Below are positions 40,337 through 49,595 of a stretch of 64,000 bases of DNA, piece by piece; position 1 is the first letter of the stretch, and every line of letters starts with the position of its first letter. The stretch lies in assembly GCA_965216755.1 (NCBI GenBank), contig CBDCGL010000011.1:3168001-3232000 (forward strand), given 5' to 3'. The notes under the pieces were generated by a model that ran no database searches, was not told the DNA's origin, and saw only the letters and a list, made by a program, of their open reading frames with translations. A program made the translations under genes and the position numbers. This DNA comes from Alphaproteobacteria bacterium (GTDB lineage Bacteria > Pseudomonadota > Alphaproteobacteria > UBA7887).

Positions 40337-40556
40337 TAGAGCAGTGTCCGACAATATTGAACCATTCTGCCGGCGCGCATTTTCGCCAAGATCAAGTCGC
40401 TGTCCGCAGGGCGTATCGGGCATACGGCCAAGGACGGCGACCACTTTGTCGGGCGGCTTGCCCGATGCGCCAGCGTCGCGCTGCGCCGCCCTTCAGGTGG
40501 ATCGCCACACCGGGCCGCGAACGGAATTGGTTTAATATTGTCGGACACTGCTCTTG
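40336..40556. mobile_element. palindromic MITE, copy 2 (carries a nested hairpin insert)
   Basis: CTAGAGCAGTGTCCGACAATATT...AATATTGTCGGACACTGCTCTTG; shares its left CTAG with the IS5 element. Confidence 0.9.
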
Positions 40557-40631
40557 CCATGGTTGCGGACTCCTGACCGGCAGCGCAATTTGTTTACCGG
40601 CAGCTGTTAAGGGAAACGGCTGGACCGGACC

Positions 40632-42089
40632 ATGAACGAGATTGCCCCCACACCGCGGTCACGGATCGCCTTATGGCTGGATGCCACCGCGGTCTATCGT
40701 GAACCGCGCGTTATCGCCATTTTGCTGCTGGGCTTTTCCAGTGGCCTGCCGCTGCTGCTGACCGCCAGCACGCTGTCAATCTGGTTGACCGAAGTTGGTG
40801 TCGATCTGACCACGATCGGCCTGTTCGCCATTGTCGCGACGCCCTATAGCCTCAAATTCTTGTGGTCACCGATTATTGATCGGGTGCGGCTGCCGATCCT
40901 GGACCGCCTGCTGGGGCGGCGGCGCAGCTGGCTGATTACGACGCAGGTTCTTTTGATGGCGACATTGATCGCGCTCGGCGCCAGCCGGCCCGGGGTCGAT
41001 GCCGGTTGGACCGCGCTGCTCGCTTTTTTTGTGGCTTTTGCCTCCGCCAGCCAAGATATCGTTGTCGATGCGTTTCGAATTGAGTCCCTTGACGAACGGC
41101 AATTCGGCGCGGGCGCGGCCATGTATGTGTTCGGCTATCGAGTCGCGTTACTGGTGGCGGGCGCGGGCGCCCTGTATGCGGCCAGCTACACCAGTTGGCT
41201 TGTCACTTATGCTCTGATGGCAGCGATGATTTTGGTCGGCGTCGTGACGGTGCTGTTGAGCACCGAACCAGAGCGCCATATCGATCAAGCGACCGCGGAC
41301 TTGGAGGCACGCGGCCACCAGGCGCTGCGGCGCTTGACACGCCTGCCGGGTTGGCTTGCCGATGCCGGAGCTTGGTTCTATGTCGCTGTGGTGTGCCCAT
41401 TTGCCGAGTTCCTGACACGCGCCGGCCAAATGGCCGTACCGATTCTTTTGTTCATTATGCTCTACAAGTTCGGTGACACCCTGGCCGGCACCATGACCAA
41501 TCCATTCTTGGTCAAGATCGGTTTCACCAAGGAAGAGATCGCGCAGGTGGCCAAGATCTTTGGCTTCACAGCGACGTTGGCTGGGTTGGGGCTGGGTGGA
41601 TTGTTGATCAATGGACTCGGCGTACTGCGCAGCCTTTGGATCTGCGGCATATTGCAGATGTTTTCCAACCTGATGTTTGCCATACAAGCAATGGCAGGAG
41701 CGCATTTGGGTGTGCTGGCAGTGACCATTGGGGTCGAAAACCTGGCGGCGGGCATGGGCACGGCGGCCTTTGTCGCCTATATGTCGAGCCTGTGCAATGT
41801 CTCCTACACAGCAACCCAATATGCCTTGCTGACCTCATTTATGGCGGTGGCCCGCACCTGGCTGGCGTCGCCGGCTGGTTGGTTGGTCGACCATATCGAT
41901 TGGTCGGGTGGGGCGGCCGCGCTGGGCCTCGCATTGTCGGCGGAATTGGGCAGCCGGATCGACTGGTTCGGCTTCTTTCTGCTGACCACGGTGGCGGCCA
42001 TCCCCGGCTTGGTCTTGCTGTTATGGCTTTCGGTGCGTATGAGTGGTCAAACGCAGCAAGGCGCGGGCGCGGCCAACGCGGCTGAGTGA
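40632..42089 (+). CDS. ampG: AmpG-family muropeptide MFS permease
   Basis: LGFSSGLP, KFLWSP, GRRRSW, SASQDIVVDAFRIE, YTATQYALL. Confidence 0.93.
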   Translation: MNEIAPTPRSRIALWLDATAVYREPRVIAILLLGFSSGLPLLLTASTLSIWLTEVGVDLTTIGLFAIVATPYSLKFLWSPIIDRVRLPILDRLLGRRRSWLITTQVLLMATLIALGASRPGVDAGWTALLAFFVAFASASQDIVVDAFRIESLDERQFGAGAAMYVFGYRVALLVAGAGALYAASYTSWLVTYALMAAMILVGVVTVLLSTEPERHIDQATADLEARGHQALRRLTRLPGWLADAGAWFYVAVVCPFAEFLTRAGQMAVPILLFIMLYKFGDTLAGTMTNPFLVKIGFTKEEIAQVAKIFGFTATLAGLGLGGLLINGLGVLRSLWICGILQMFSNLMFAIQAMAGAHLGVLAVTIGVENLAAGMGTAAFVAYMSSLCNVSYTATQYALLTSFMAVARTWLASPAGWLVDHIDWSGGAAALGLALSAELGSRIDWFGFFLLTTVAAIPGLVLLLWLSVRMSGQTQQGAGAANAAE

Positions 42090-42109
42090 GCTTTTTTGGG
42101 AGGTTTCCA

Positions 42110-43231
42110 ATGCGGGTTGGCGTACCGAAAGAAACTAAGGATCAGGAGTATCGAGTCGGTTTGGTGCCCGGCAGCGTGCGCGAACTGGTCCACAATGGCC
42201 ACCACGTCATGGTCGAGACCAATGCCGGGCATGCCATCGGACTTGACGACCATGACTATGTCGCCGCCGGTGCGGAGATCGTCACCACCGCGGCCGCGGT
42301 TTTTGAGCGCGCCGAACTGATCGTCAAAGTCAAGGAGCCGCAGGCGCAAGAAATTGACATGCTGCGCAGGGGCCAGGTCCTGTTCACCTATTTGCATTTG
42401 GCCGCCGATAGAAACCTGACCGACGGCCTGTTGGCCAGCGGCGTCACCGGCGTTGCCTATGAAACCGTCACCGACGATCGCGGTCGACTGCCGTTGTTGG
42501 CGCCGATGAGCGAGGTGGCTGGGCGGATGTCGATACAGGCCGGCGCCCATTGCCTGGAAATCGCCCAAGGCGGCCGCGGCCTGTTGCTGGGCGGCGTGCC
42601 CGGCGTTGCCGCGGCGCGGGTTGTGGTGCTGGGCGGCGGCTTCGTCGGCACCAACGCGGCGCGCATGGCGATGGGCATGGAAGCGCATGTCACCGTTATC
42701 GATAAGTCATTGGAGCGGCTGCAGGCGCTGGACTTTCAGTTCGGACCGATGCTGAACACGATTTATTCAACTGTCGACAATATCGAGCAACATGTCAGCC
42801 AAGCCGACCTGGTCATCGGCGCGGTGTTGATCCCAGGCGCGGGCGCACCGAAATTGATCACGCGCGAAATGGTCGCGGGCATGCGCCGCGGCTCGGTGAT
42901 CGTCGATGTCGCGATTGACCAAGGCGGCTGTTCGGAAACCAGCCGACCTACCAGTCACACGGATCCCATCTACACCGTCGACGAGGTGGTGCATTATTGC
43001 GTCACCAACATGCCCGGCGCGGTCAGCCGCACATCAACCTTTGCCCTGAACAACGCGACATTGCCGTTCGTTTTGCGCTTGGCCAACGACGGGTGGCGCG
43101 ATGCGTTGGCCGCAGACAACAATTTCCGCAATGGGCTGAATTTGCATGCGGGGCGGGTCACCCATCCCGCGGTCGCCGAAGAATTCAACCTTGAATGCGC
43201 GGCATGGGACGACTTGGTCGCCCTTGATTGA
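42110..43231 (+). CDS. ald: alanine dehydrogenase
   Basis: MRVGVPKE.K.QEYRV, VKVKEP, FTYLHLA, IDQGGC, YCVTNMPG. Confidence 0.97.
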   Translation: MRVGVPKETKDQEYRVGLVPGSVRELVHNGHHVMVETNAGHAIGLDDHDYVAAGAEIVTTAAAVFERAELIVKVKEPQAQEIDMLRRGQVLFTYLHLAADRNLTDGLLASGVTGVAYETVTDDRGRLPLLAPMSEVAGRMSIQAGAHCLEIAQGGRGLLLGGVPGVAAARVVVLGGGFVGTNAARMAMGMEAHVTVIDKSLERLQALDFQFGPMLNTIYSTVDNIEQHVSQADLVIGAVLIPGAGAPKLITREMVAGMRRGSVIVDVAIDQGGCSETSRPTSHTDPIYTVDEVVHYCVTNMPGAVSRTSTFALNNATLPFVLRLANDGWRDALAADNNFRNGLNLHAGRVTHPAVAEEFNLECAAWDDLVALD

Positions 43232-43265
43232 GAACAGCGTCTGGCTCGGCGTCACCGGACGCCGT

Positions 43266-43964
43266 CTAATGGGCGCTGTCGGCCTCCAAGGCGTAGCCCG
43301 CGGCGCGGACCGTGCGGATCAGATCGGCTTCACCGGGCGCGTTCAGAACCTTGCGCAACCGACGAATATGCACATCGACCGTGCGCGGCTCCACACACAC
43401 GTCGGCACCCCACACGGAGTCTAACAAGCGTTCGCGCGAAAAGACCCGGCGTGGGTTCTCCATCAGATGGCGCAGAAGGCGGAATTCCGTTGGCCCCAAA
43501 CGGAGCGGCCGGCCGGCGCGTTTGACACGATAGGTGTCAAGTTCCATTTCGACGTCGGCATAGGTGAGTTTGTCTTCCGACAACGCGGGACGACTGCGCC
43601 GCAACACTGCGCGCACCCGCGCCAGCAATTCTTCCTGGGAAAACGGCTTGGTCATATAGTCGTCGGCGCCACTCTCGAATCCGCGAATCCGATCGGTTTC
43701 TTCGCCGCGCGCGGTCAACATGATGATCGGCAGCGCCTTTGTCTCGCGCCGCCGGCGCAGCATGCGACATACTTCCAGGCCGGAGATCGACGGCAACATC
43801 CAATCCAAAATCACCAGATCAGGTGTTTCTTCGTCGATCATTATCAGGGCTTGATCGCCGTCGTCGGCATGACGAACACGAAATCCATGGTGCTCCAAAT
43901 TGTAGCGCAGAAGTTCGGAAATTCCTGGTTCGTCTTCGACAAGTAAGATCGATGGCTTCATCAT
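43266..43964 (-). CDS. phoB: phosphate regulon response regulator PhoB
   Basis: LVEDE, LDWMLP, LGPTEFRLL, RTVDVHIRRLRK; at the end of the pst operon. Confidence 0.96.
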   Translation of the reverse strand: MMKPSILLVEDEPGISELLRYNLEHHGFRVRHADDGDQALIMIDEETPDLVILDWMLPSISGLEVCRMLRRRRETKALPIIMLTARGEETDRIRGFESGADDYMTKPFSQEELLARVRAVLRRSRPALSEDKLTYADVEMELDTYRVKRAGRPLRLGPTEFRLLRHLMENPRRVFSRERLLDSVWGADVCVEPRTVDVHIRRLRKVLNAPGEADLIRTVRAAGYALEADSAH

Positions 43965-44028
43965 TGTTGGTTCCGTTTCGCGTGGTCCGGTCGCGACGCA
44001 CCGCCAATCGCGGGCGTCCCTGCGCACA

Positions 44029-44772
44029 TTATTCCTCGTCCGGCGCCTTTTCGGGCACGCCTGATAACATGGCTTCGCCGAGCATCGAGGTAAAATCCGC
44101 CTTACGCCGCTCACCCATCACACGGCTACCGGTCAGCATGTAGTTAATCGTTTCCGCCATGTTGGTGGCGTGATCGGCGATCCGTTCCAAATTCTTGGCA
44201 ACAAACATCAGATGCGTGCACGCCGTGATGTTGCGCGGATCCTCAAACATATAGGTGAGCAACTGTCGAAAAAGACCGTTGTAGATCTGATCAACTTCCT
44301 CATCCTTGTTCCACACCGCCAATGCCTTGTCCAAATCGCGCTCGACATAGGCATCGAGGACGTCTTTGACCATACGCTGCACGGCGTCGGCCATCCGCGG
44401 GATCAGCCAAATCGTCGAGAACTCACGGGTCTGCGACAACGCGATCGATCGCTTGGCGATATTCGCCGCCAGATCGCCCATCCGCTCCAAGTCCGCAGCC
44501 AGCCGCAAAGCGCCGACAATCGAACGAAGGTCCACCGCCATCGGCTGGCGCAGCGCCAACAACGTGGTGGCCTGCCGCTCAACATCCAATTCTAACTCGT
44601 CGATGGCCCGGTCATTGCCGACAATCCGTTCGGCCTGCATGCTGTCGCGCTTGACAACATTGCTGACCGCCGCCGCAACTTGGTTTTCGACCAGCCCACC
44701 AATTTGTAGTATCGTATTGGTTAGTGTTGATAATTCATCGTCATAAGCGCGGACGGTATGTTCACTGGCCAT
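44029..44772 (-). CDS. phoU: phosphate signalling protein PhoU
   Basis: LRQPMAVDLR, LERMGD, KNLERIADHATN. Confidence 0.97.
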   Translation of the reverse strand: MASEHTVRAYDDELSTLTNTILQIGGLVENQVAAAVSNVVKRDSMQAERIVGNDRAIDELELDVERQATTLLALRQPMAVDLRSIVGALRLAADLERMGDLAANIAKRSIALSQTREFSTIWLIPRMADAVQRMVKDVLDAYVERDLDKALAVWNKDEEVDQIYNGLFRQLLTYMFEDPRNITACTHLMFVAKNLERIADHATNMAETINYMLTGSRVMGERRKADFTSMLGEAMLSGVPEKAPDEE

Positions 44773-44801
44773 GATATTCTATCCGTATTGACAGGTTCGA
44801 C

Positions 44802-45650
44802 CTAGCCAAAGCGCCCGGTGATATAGTCCTGCGTGCGCGAATCCGTTGGATTGGTAAATATGCCCTCGGTATTCGCGAATTCAACCAGTTCGCCCAAATG
44901 GAAAAACGCGGTTCTCTGCGACACCCGCGCGGCTTGCTGCATATTGTGCGTGACGATGACGATACTGTACTGAGTTTTCAATTCATCGATCAGTTCTTCG
45001 ATATGGGCCGTCGCTATGGGATCCAGAGCCGAACAGGGTTCATCCATCAAAATCATTTCCGGATTGATGGCAATGGCGCGGGCAATGCAAAGCCTTTGTT
45101 GTTGACCGCCAGAAATTCCGGTGCCGGGCTGATCGAGCCGGTCGTTGACTTCTTTCCACAGGCCGGCGCGCCGCAAGCTGCTTTCGACGATTTCGTCCAA
45201 ACGCTCCCGATTGCGCGCAAGCCCGTGAATCCGGGGACCGTAGGCGACATTCTCATAAATCGATTTCGGAAACGGATTGGGCTTCTGAAACACCATGCCG
45301 ACCTTGGTCCGAAGCTGCACCACGTCAATGCGTTTGTCATAGATGTCGTAACCGTCCAAGGTGATCTTGCCGGTCACGCGGCAGCCATCGATGGTGTCGT
45401 TCATGCGGTTAAGGCATCTCAAAAAAGTCGATTTGCCGCAACCGGACGGGCCGATAAAGGCGGTGACCTCCTTGTCGCGTATGTCGAGGTCAACATCGAT
45501 GATGGCGCGCTTCTCGCCATAGTAGACGTTGACCTTGCGCGACGTTGATTTGATCGGCGCCGCAGCGCTGTCCTGGGACGGTGGCGCAGTCTCGGTCATC
45601 GACCCGAAGTCCTCCGCTTGATGGGCTTGATACAGCTGCATTGTTACCAC
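44802..45650 (-). CDS. pstB: phosphate ABC transporter ATPase
   Basis: [37 protein letters not shown]. Confidence 0.98.
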   Translation of the reverse strand: MVTMQLYQAHQAEDFGSMTETAPPSQDSAAAPIKSTSRKVNVYYGEKRAIIDVDLDIRDKEVTAFIGPSGCGKSTFLRCLNRMNDTIDGCRVTGKITLDGYDIYDKRIDVVQLRTKVGMVFQKPNPFPKSIYENVAYGPRIHGLARNRERLDEIVESSLRRAGLWKEVNDRLDQPGTGISGGQQQRLCIARAIAINPEMILMDEPCSALDPIATAHIEELIDELKTQYSIVIVTHNMQQAARVSQRTAFFHLGELVEFANTEGIFTNPTDSRTQDYITGRFG

Positions 45651-46951
45651 CGACGTTCAAACTTGTTGCGCAAATAGACGGCGGCCGCGTTCATGATGAC
45701 CAAAAAAGCCATCAAAACCATGATCGCGGCCGACGATTTCTCGATAAAACCACGCTCCGGGCTATCCGACCACAAGTAGATCTGCACCGGCAAGACAGTC
45801 GCCGGGTCAAGCGGGCCGCCCGGCACGTCGACGATAAAAGCAACCATGCCGATCATCAGCAACGGCGCCGTTTCACCAAGCGCCCCGGCCAAGCCAATGA
45901 TCGTGCCGGTCAAAATGCCGGGCATCGCCAACGGCAAAACGTGATGGGTGACCACTTGCATGCGCGAAGCGCCAACACCCAAAGCGGCGTCACGAATCGA
46001 CGGCGGCACAGACTTCAGCGCGGCGCGCCCTGCGATGATCACGGTCGGCATGGTCATCAGCGCCAAGACCATGCCGCCGACCAGCGGGGCTGAACGGGGC
46101 AGGCCAAACACATTGAGAAAGACCGCCAGCCCCAGCAAGCCGAACACGATCGACGGCACGGCCGCCAGATTGTTGATGTTGACCTCGATCAACCGGGTAA
46201 GGCGATTGCGCGGTGCGAATTCCTCCAAATACAACGCGGCCATAACCGCCACCGGCACCGCGAACAGCAGACACACCAGCATGGTCCAGAACGAGCCGAC
46301 CATGGCCCCCAAGACGCCGGCCAGTTCGGGCTCACGCGAGTCGCCATTTGAGAACAGCCGGGTATTGAACACCGTGCGAATGCGGTCGTCGCCGTCCAGC
46401 ACATCGAACCACCCGATCTGTTGGTCCGAGACCCGGCGGTCGGACTCGGGCACATCGCGCGCGATCGCGCCTTTGGAAAACATGTCGATATCGCTGGAGG
46501 CGGCGATCCAAATCGGCTGGGTGGTGCCGATGAGGGATATATCGTCGAGAACAACTTGCCGCACATTTAAGTCGGCGCCAAAGCTCACCAGTTTGACGAG
46601 CGCGCGTTTGCCGCGCCGATCCGTCACGTCGGGAAACGCGGCATACATGGCTTTCTTGACCAGGCCGGCGAAATCTGCCCGGCGGATCTGATCGACATCG
46701 CCCGCCCCGGTTGGGTCGATCACCTCGGCATCCAGATAGATGTCGAGCAAAACTTCGGTCGAACGAAACGCGCCGTAGCCCTTGCCGACAATGGTGATCA
46801 CCAAAACCGCCAGCGCCAGGACCGCCGTCGACACCGCGATCACGCCGTACATCTTAAAACGCCGCTCGGCCGCGTAGCGCTTGCGGATTCCGGCCGGGGC
46901 AAACTTGTCGCCGGCCAGCGAGATGCGGCTGGGCTCAGCCAACTCAGTCAT
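45644..46951 (-). CDS. pstA: phosphate ABC transporter permease PstA
   Basis: [17 protein letters not shown]. Confidence 0.96.
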   Translation of the reverse strand: MTELAEPSRISLAGDKFAPAGIRKRYAAERRFKMYGVIAVSTAVLALAVLVITIVGKGYGAFRSTEVLLDIYLDAEVIDPTGAGDVDQIRRADFAGLVKKAMYAAFPDVTDRRGKRALVKLVSFGADLNVRQVVLDDISLIGTTQPIWIAASSDIDMFSKGAIARDVPESDRRVSDQQIGWFDVLDGDDRIRTVFNTRLFSNGDSREPELAGVLGAMVGSFWTMLVCLLFAVPVAVMAALYLEEFAPRNRLTRLIEVNINNLAAVPSIVFGLLGLAVFLNVFGLPRSAPLVGGMVLALMTMPTVIIAGRAALKSVPPSIRDAALGVGASRMQVVTHHVLPLAMPGILTGTIIGLAGALGETAPLLMIGMVAFIVDVPGGPLDPATVLPVQIYLWSDSPERGFIEKSSAAIMVLMAFLVIMNAAAVYLRNKFERRW

Positions 46952-48326
46952 ATTTCTCTCGATATTTGTCGACCACACGCAAGGCGATGACATTGAGGCA
47001 CAGCGTGATCAAAAACAGCATCAGCCCAAGCGCGAACGCGGCCAAGGTCTTGGCGCTGTCAAATTCCTGGTCGCCAACCAATAGCGTGACAATCTGCACC
47101 GTAACCGTGGTGACGGCTTCGAACGGATTGGCGGTCAGGTTGGCCGCCAGACCAGCCGCCATGACCACGATCATGGTCTCGCCGATCGCACGTGAAACCG
47201 CCAGCAAGACTGACCCGACAATGCCCGGCAGGGCCGCCGGCAAGACGACCCGCTTGATGGTTTCTGATTTTGTTGCCCCCATGGCATAGGACCCATCGCG
47301 CAGCGTTTGCGGCACGGCATTGATCACGTCATCCGATAGAGACGACACGAAGGGAATGATCATGATCCCCATAACCAAGCCCGCCGCCAACGCACTTTCG
47401 GACGCGACGCTGAGACCAACCGATTCCCCGAAATTGCGGATCATGGGGGCAACCGTGATCGCGGCAAAAAAGCCGTAAACGACGGTCGGCACGCCCGCCA
47501 ATATTTCAAGCGCCGGTTTAACCGCGCTGCGCACGGCAACGGGCGCATAGTCGGACAAATAAACTGCTGACATCAGGCCGACGGGCACCGCCACTAACAT
47601 GGCAAGCAGCGTGATCAGCATGGTGCCAGCAAAAAGCGGCACGGCGCCAAAAACGCCGGTGGACCCGACCTGATCGGCGCGCAAGGCTGTTTGCGGACTC
47701 CATTCAATGCCGAACAGAAAATCCATAAGCGGCACTTTGCCGAAGAACCGGATCGATTCGAACAAAAGCGACAAAACTATGCCAACCGTGGTCAAAATGG
47801 CGATCAACGAACAAACGATCAGCGCGATCATGACAACGCGTTCAACCACATTTCGCGCCCTGAGTTGGGGCACCACCATACGTTGACCAATTGTCAGCCC
47901 GGCAACTGCCAAGGCCAAGGCCACTCCTACGAGCGCCCAATCGCCGGTGCTGTTGATCTGTCGGTATCGTTCGGCGGCCGCCGCGATGTCTGGGTCGCCC
48001 TGGTCGCGCACCACATCGCCCGCCGCCATGTTCTTGATGTCGTTCAGGACCAAGCCACGTTCTTGCAACGGCAGCGCCTGCATCTCCTTCGGCAGGCTCG
48101 AGATGATCAGAGAATTAGCGACAATCGGCTGGATGATCAGCCAGCCGGCGAACAATATAAAGGCAGGAACGCCACACCAAATGGCAACATACGAGCCATA
48201 GTAGCTCGGCAATGAATGCAAATGTTGGATGTCACCAGAGACCGCGGCCACGGATCGCGCACGCCCCAGATAGTAGCCGCCAAGCGCAAGAACCAACAGG
48301 ACGATTGCCAGTATCGGTAACGACAT
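46944..48326 (-). CDS. pstC: phosphate ABC transporter permease PstC
   Basis: LAGVPTVVYG, SRAIGETMIV. Confidence 0.96.
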   Translation of the reverse strand: MSLPILAIVLLVLALGGYYLGRARSVAAVSGDIQHLHSLPSYYGSYVAIWCGVPAFILFAGWLIIQPIVANSLIISSLPKEMQALPLQERGLVLNDIKNMAAGDVVRDQGDPDIAAAAERYRQINSTGDWALVGVALALAVAGLTIGQRMVVPQLRARNVVERVVMIALIVCSLIAILTTVGIVLSLLFESIRFFGKVPLMDFLFGIEWSPQTALRADQVGSTGVFGAVPLFAGTMLITLLAMLVAVPVGLMSAVYLSDYAPVAVRSAVKPALEILAGVPTVVYGFFAAITVAPMIRNFGESVGLSVASESALAAGLVMGIMIIPFVSSLSDDVINAVPQTLRDGSYAMGATKSETIKRVVLPAALPGIVGSVLLAVSRAIGETMIVVMAAGLAANLTANPFEAVTTVTVQIVTLLVGDQEFDSAKTLAAFALGLMLFLITLCLNVIALRVVDKYREKYD

Positions 48327-48372
48327 TATGGGCGATCCTCGTTGCGCGTACCCGGCGCGGCGCAGTTGGGGT

Positions 48373-48400
48373 GGCGGGCCCGCCTTGACTGGGACCCGCC
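48373..48400 (-). terminator. GC-rich hairpin between pstS and pstC (probable mRNA stabiliser or partial terminator)
   Basis: GGCGGG.CCC...GGG.CCCGCC stem directly after the pstS stop; no U-tract. Confidence 0.45.
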
Positions 48401-48409
48401 GGTTCCGGG

Positions 48410-49444
48410 CTACATGGTCAACGGCGTCATGCTGTTGGCCGATTGGTTGAACGAATCGCGCTCTTCGTCCGGCATGGGAATCAGGCCCTTGTCAGCCAGA
48501 TAACCGTCCGGACCCCAAGCTTTGTCGCTGGTGAATTCGGCCACATAGTCGGCGATCCCGGGGATCACGCCGACATGGGCGTTCTTGACGTAGAAGTACA
48601 GCGAGCGGGAAATCGGATATTCGCCGTCGGCGATGGCTTCGAACGTGGGCTCGACACCGCCGACCAAACTACCTTGCACGCTATCCAAATTCTGATCCAA
48701 AAAACTGTAGCCGAACACGCCATAGGCGTCCGGATTGGCAACCAGTTTTTGCACGATCAAAACGTCGTTCTCGCCGGCTTCGACATAGGCGCCATCCTCG
48801 CGGACGCCGTGGCAGATCGCCTTGTAACGTTGTTTGTCTTCTTTCTTCAGTGCCTTGATGGCCTCGAAGGTCTTGCAGCCGCCCTCCATGGCCAGCTCAG
48901 CGAACGCATCCCGCGTGCCGGAGGTCGGCGGTGGACCGAGCACTTCGATCTTCTTGTCCGGCAGGGTCGGATCGATGTCACGCCATTTTTGATACGGATT
49001 ATCGATCAGCGTTGCGCCGCTCTCGTCGCCAGGCACGGTCTTGGCCAAAGCCAACCATAGCAGGCGCAGAGTCAATTCGGCTCTGGGTGCGTTCTTCGAA
49101 TTGGCGACGACGATGCCGTCATAACCAATCTTAACTTCCGTGATCTCGGTGACCCCGTTATTGCCACAATTCTCGACTTCGGACGTCTTGATGCGGCGCG
49201 AAGCATTGGTGATATCGGGGTGCTCGGCGCCAAGCCCGGCGCAGAACAATTTCAATCCACCACCGGAGCCGGTGCTTTCTACGACCGGCGTCTTGAAGTC
49301 CGTGGTTTTGCCGAATTGTTCCGAGACAGCCGTGGCAAACGGAAACACGGTCGACGAGCCGACGACGCGGATTTGATCGCGGGCTTGCGCCGCCGTGACG
49401 GCCATGACGGAGACGACGCCGGCGAAGATGGTAGTCCTGATCAT
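48410..49444 (-). CDS. pstS: phosphate-binding protein PstS
   Basis: Signal peptide, VGSSTVFP, ESTGSGGG, GPPPTSGTRD, YPISRSLYFY. Confidence 0.96.
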   Translation of the reverse strand: MIRTTIFAGVVSVMAVTAAQARDQIRVVGSSTVFPFATAVSEQFGKTTDFKTPVVESTGSGGGLKLFCAGLGAEHPDITNASRRIKTSEVENCGNNGVTEITEVKIGYDGIVVANSKNAPRAELTLRLLWLALAKTVPGDESGATLIDNPYQKWRDIDPTLPDKKIEVLGPPPTSGTRDAFAELAMEGGCKTFEAIKALKKEDKQRYKAICHGVREDGAYVEAGENDVLIVQKLVANPDAYGVFGYSFLDQNLDSVQGSLVGGVEPTFEAIADGEYPISRSLYFYVKNAHVGVIPGIADYVAEFTSDKAWGPDGYLADKGLIPMPDEERDSFNQSANSMTPLTM

Positions 49445-49562
49445 CGAACGGTTGCTCCTATTTTCAGCCAAAGGAAGTAGGGAACGGATGGCGCGATGCG
49501 GTGCCCCGGCTTGGTCTGGGACGCGACACGCGTGGCGAATTCATAGGCGCGTTAGGCGGAGA

Positions 49563-49595
49563 TAGTGTGACGTTTATGTTACGGTTTTGTGACAG
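49563..49595 (-). promoter_or_regulatory. Pho box (three 11-bp direct repeats) upstream of pstS
   Basis: Minus strand CTGTCACAAAA-CCGTAACATAA-ACGTCACACTA fits the CTGTCAY-N4 PhoB consensus; overlaps the phoR stop codon. Confidence 0.85.
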
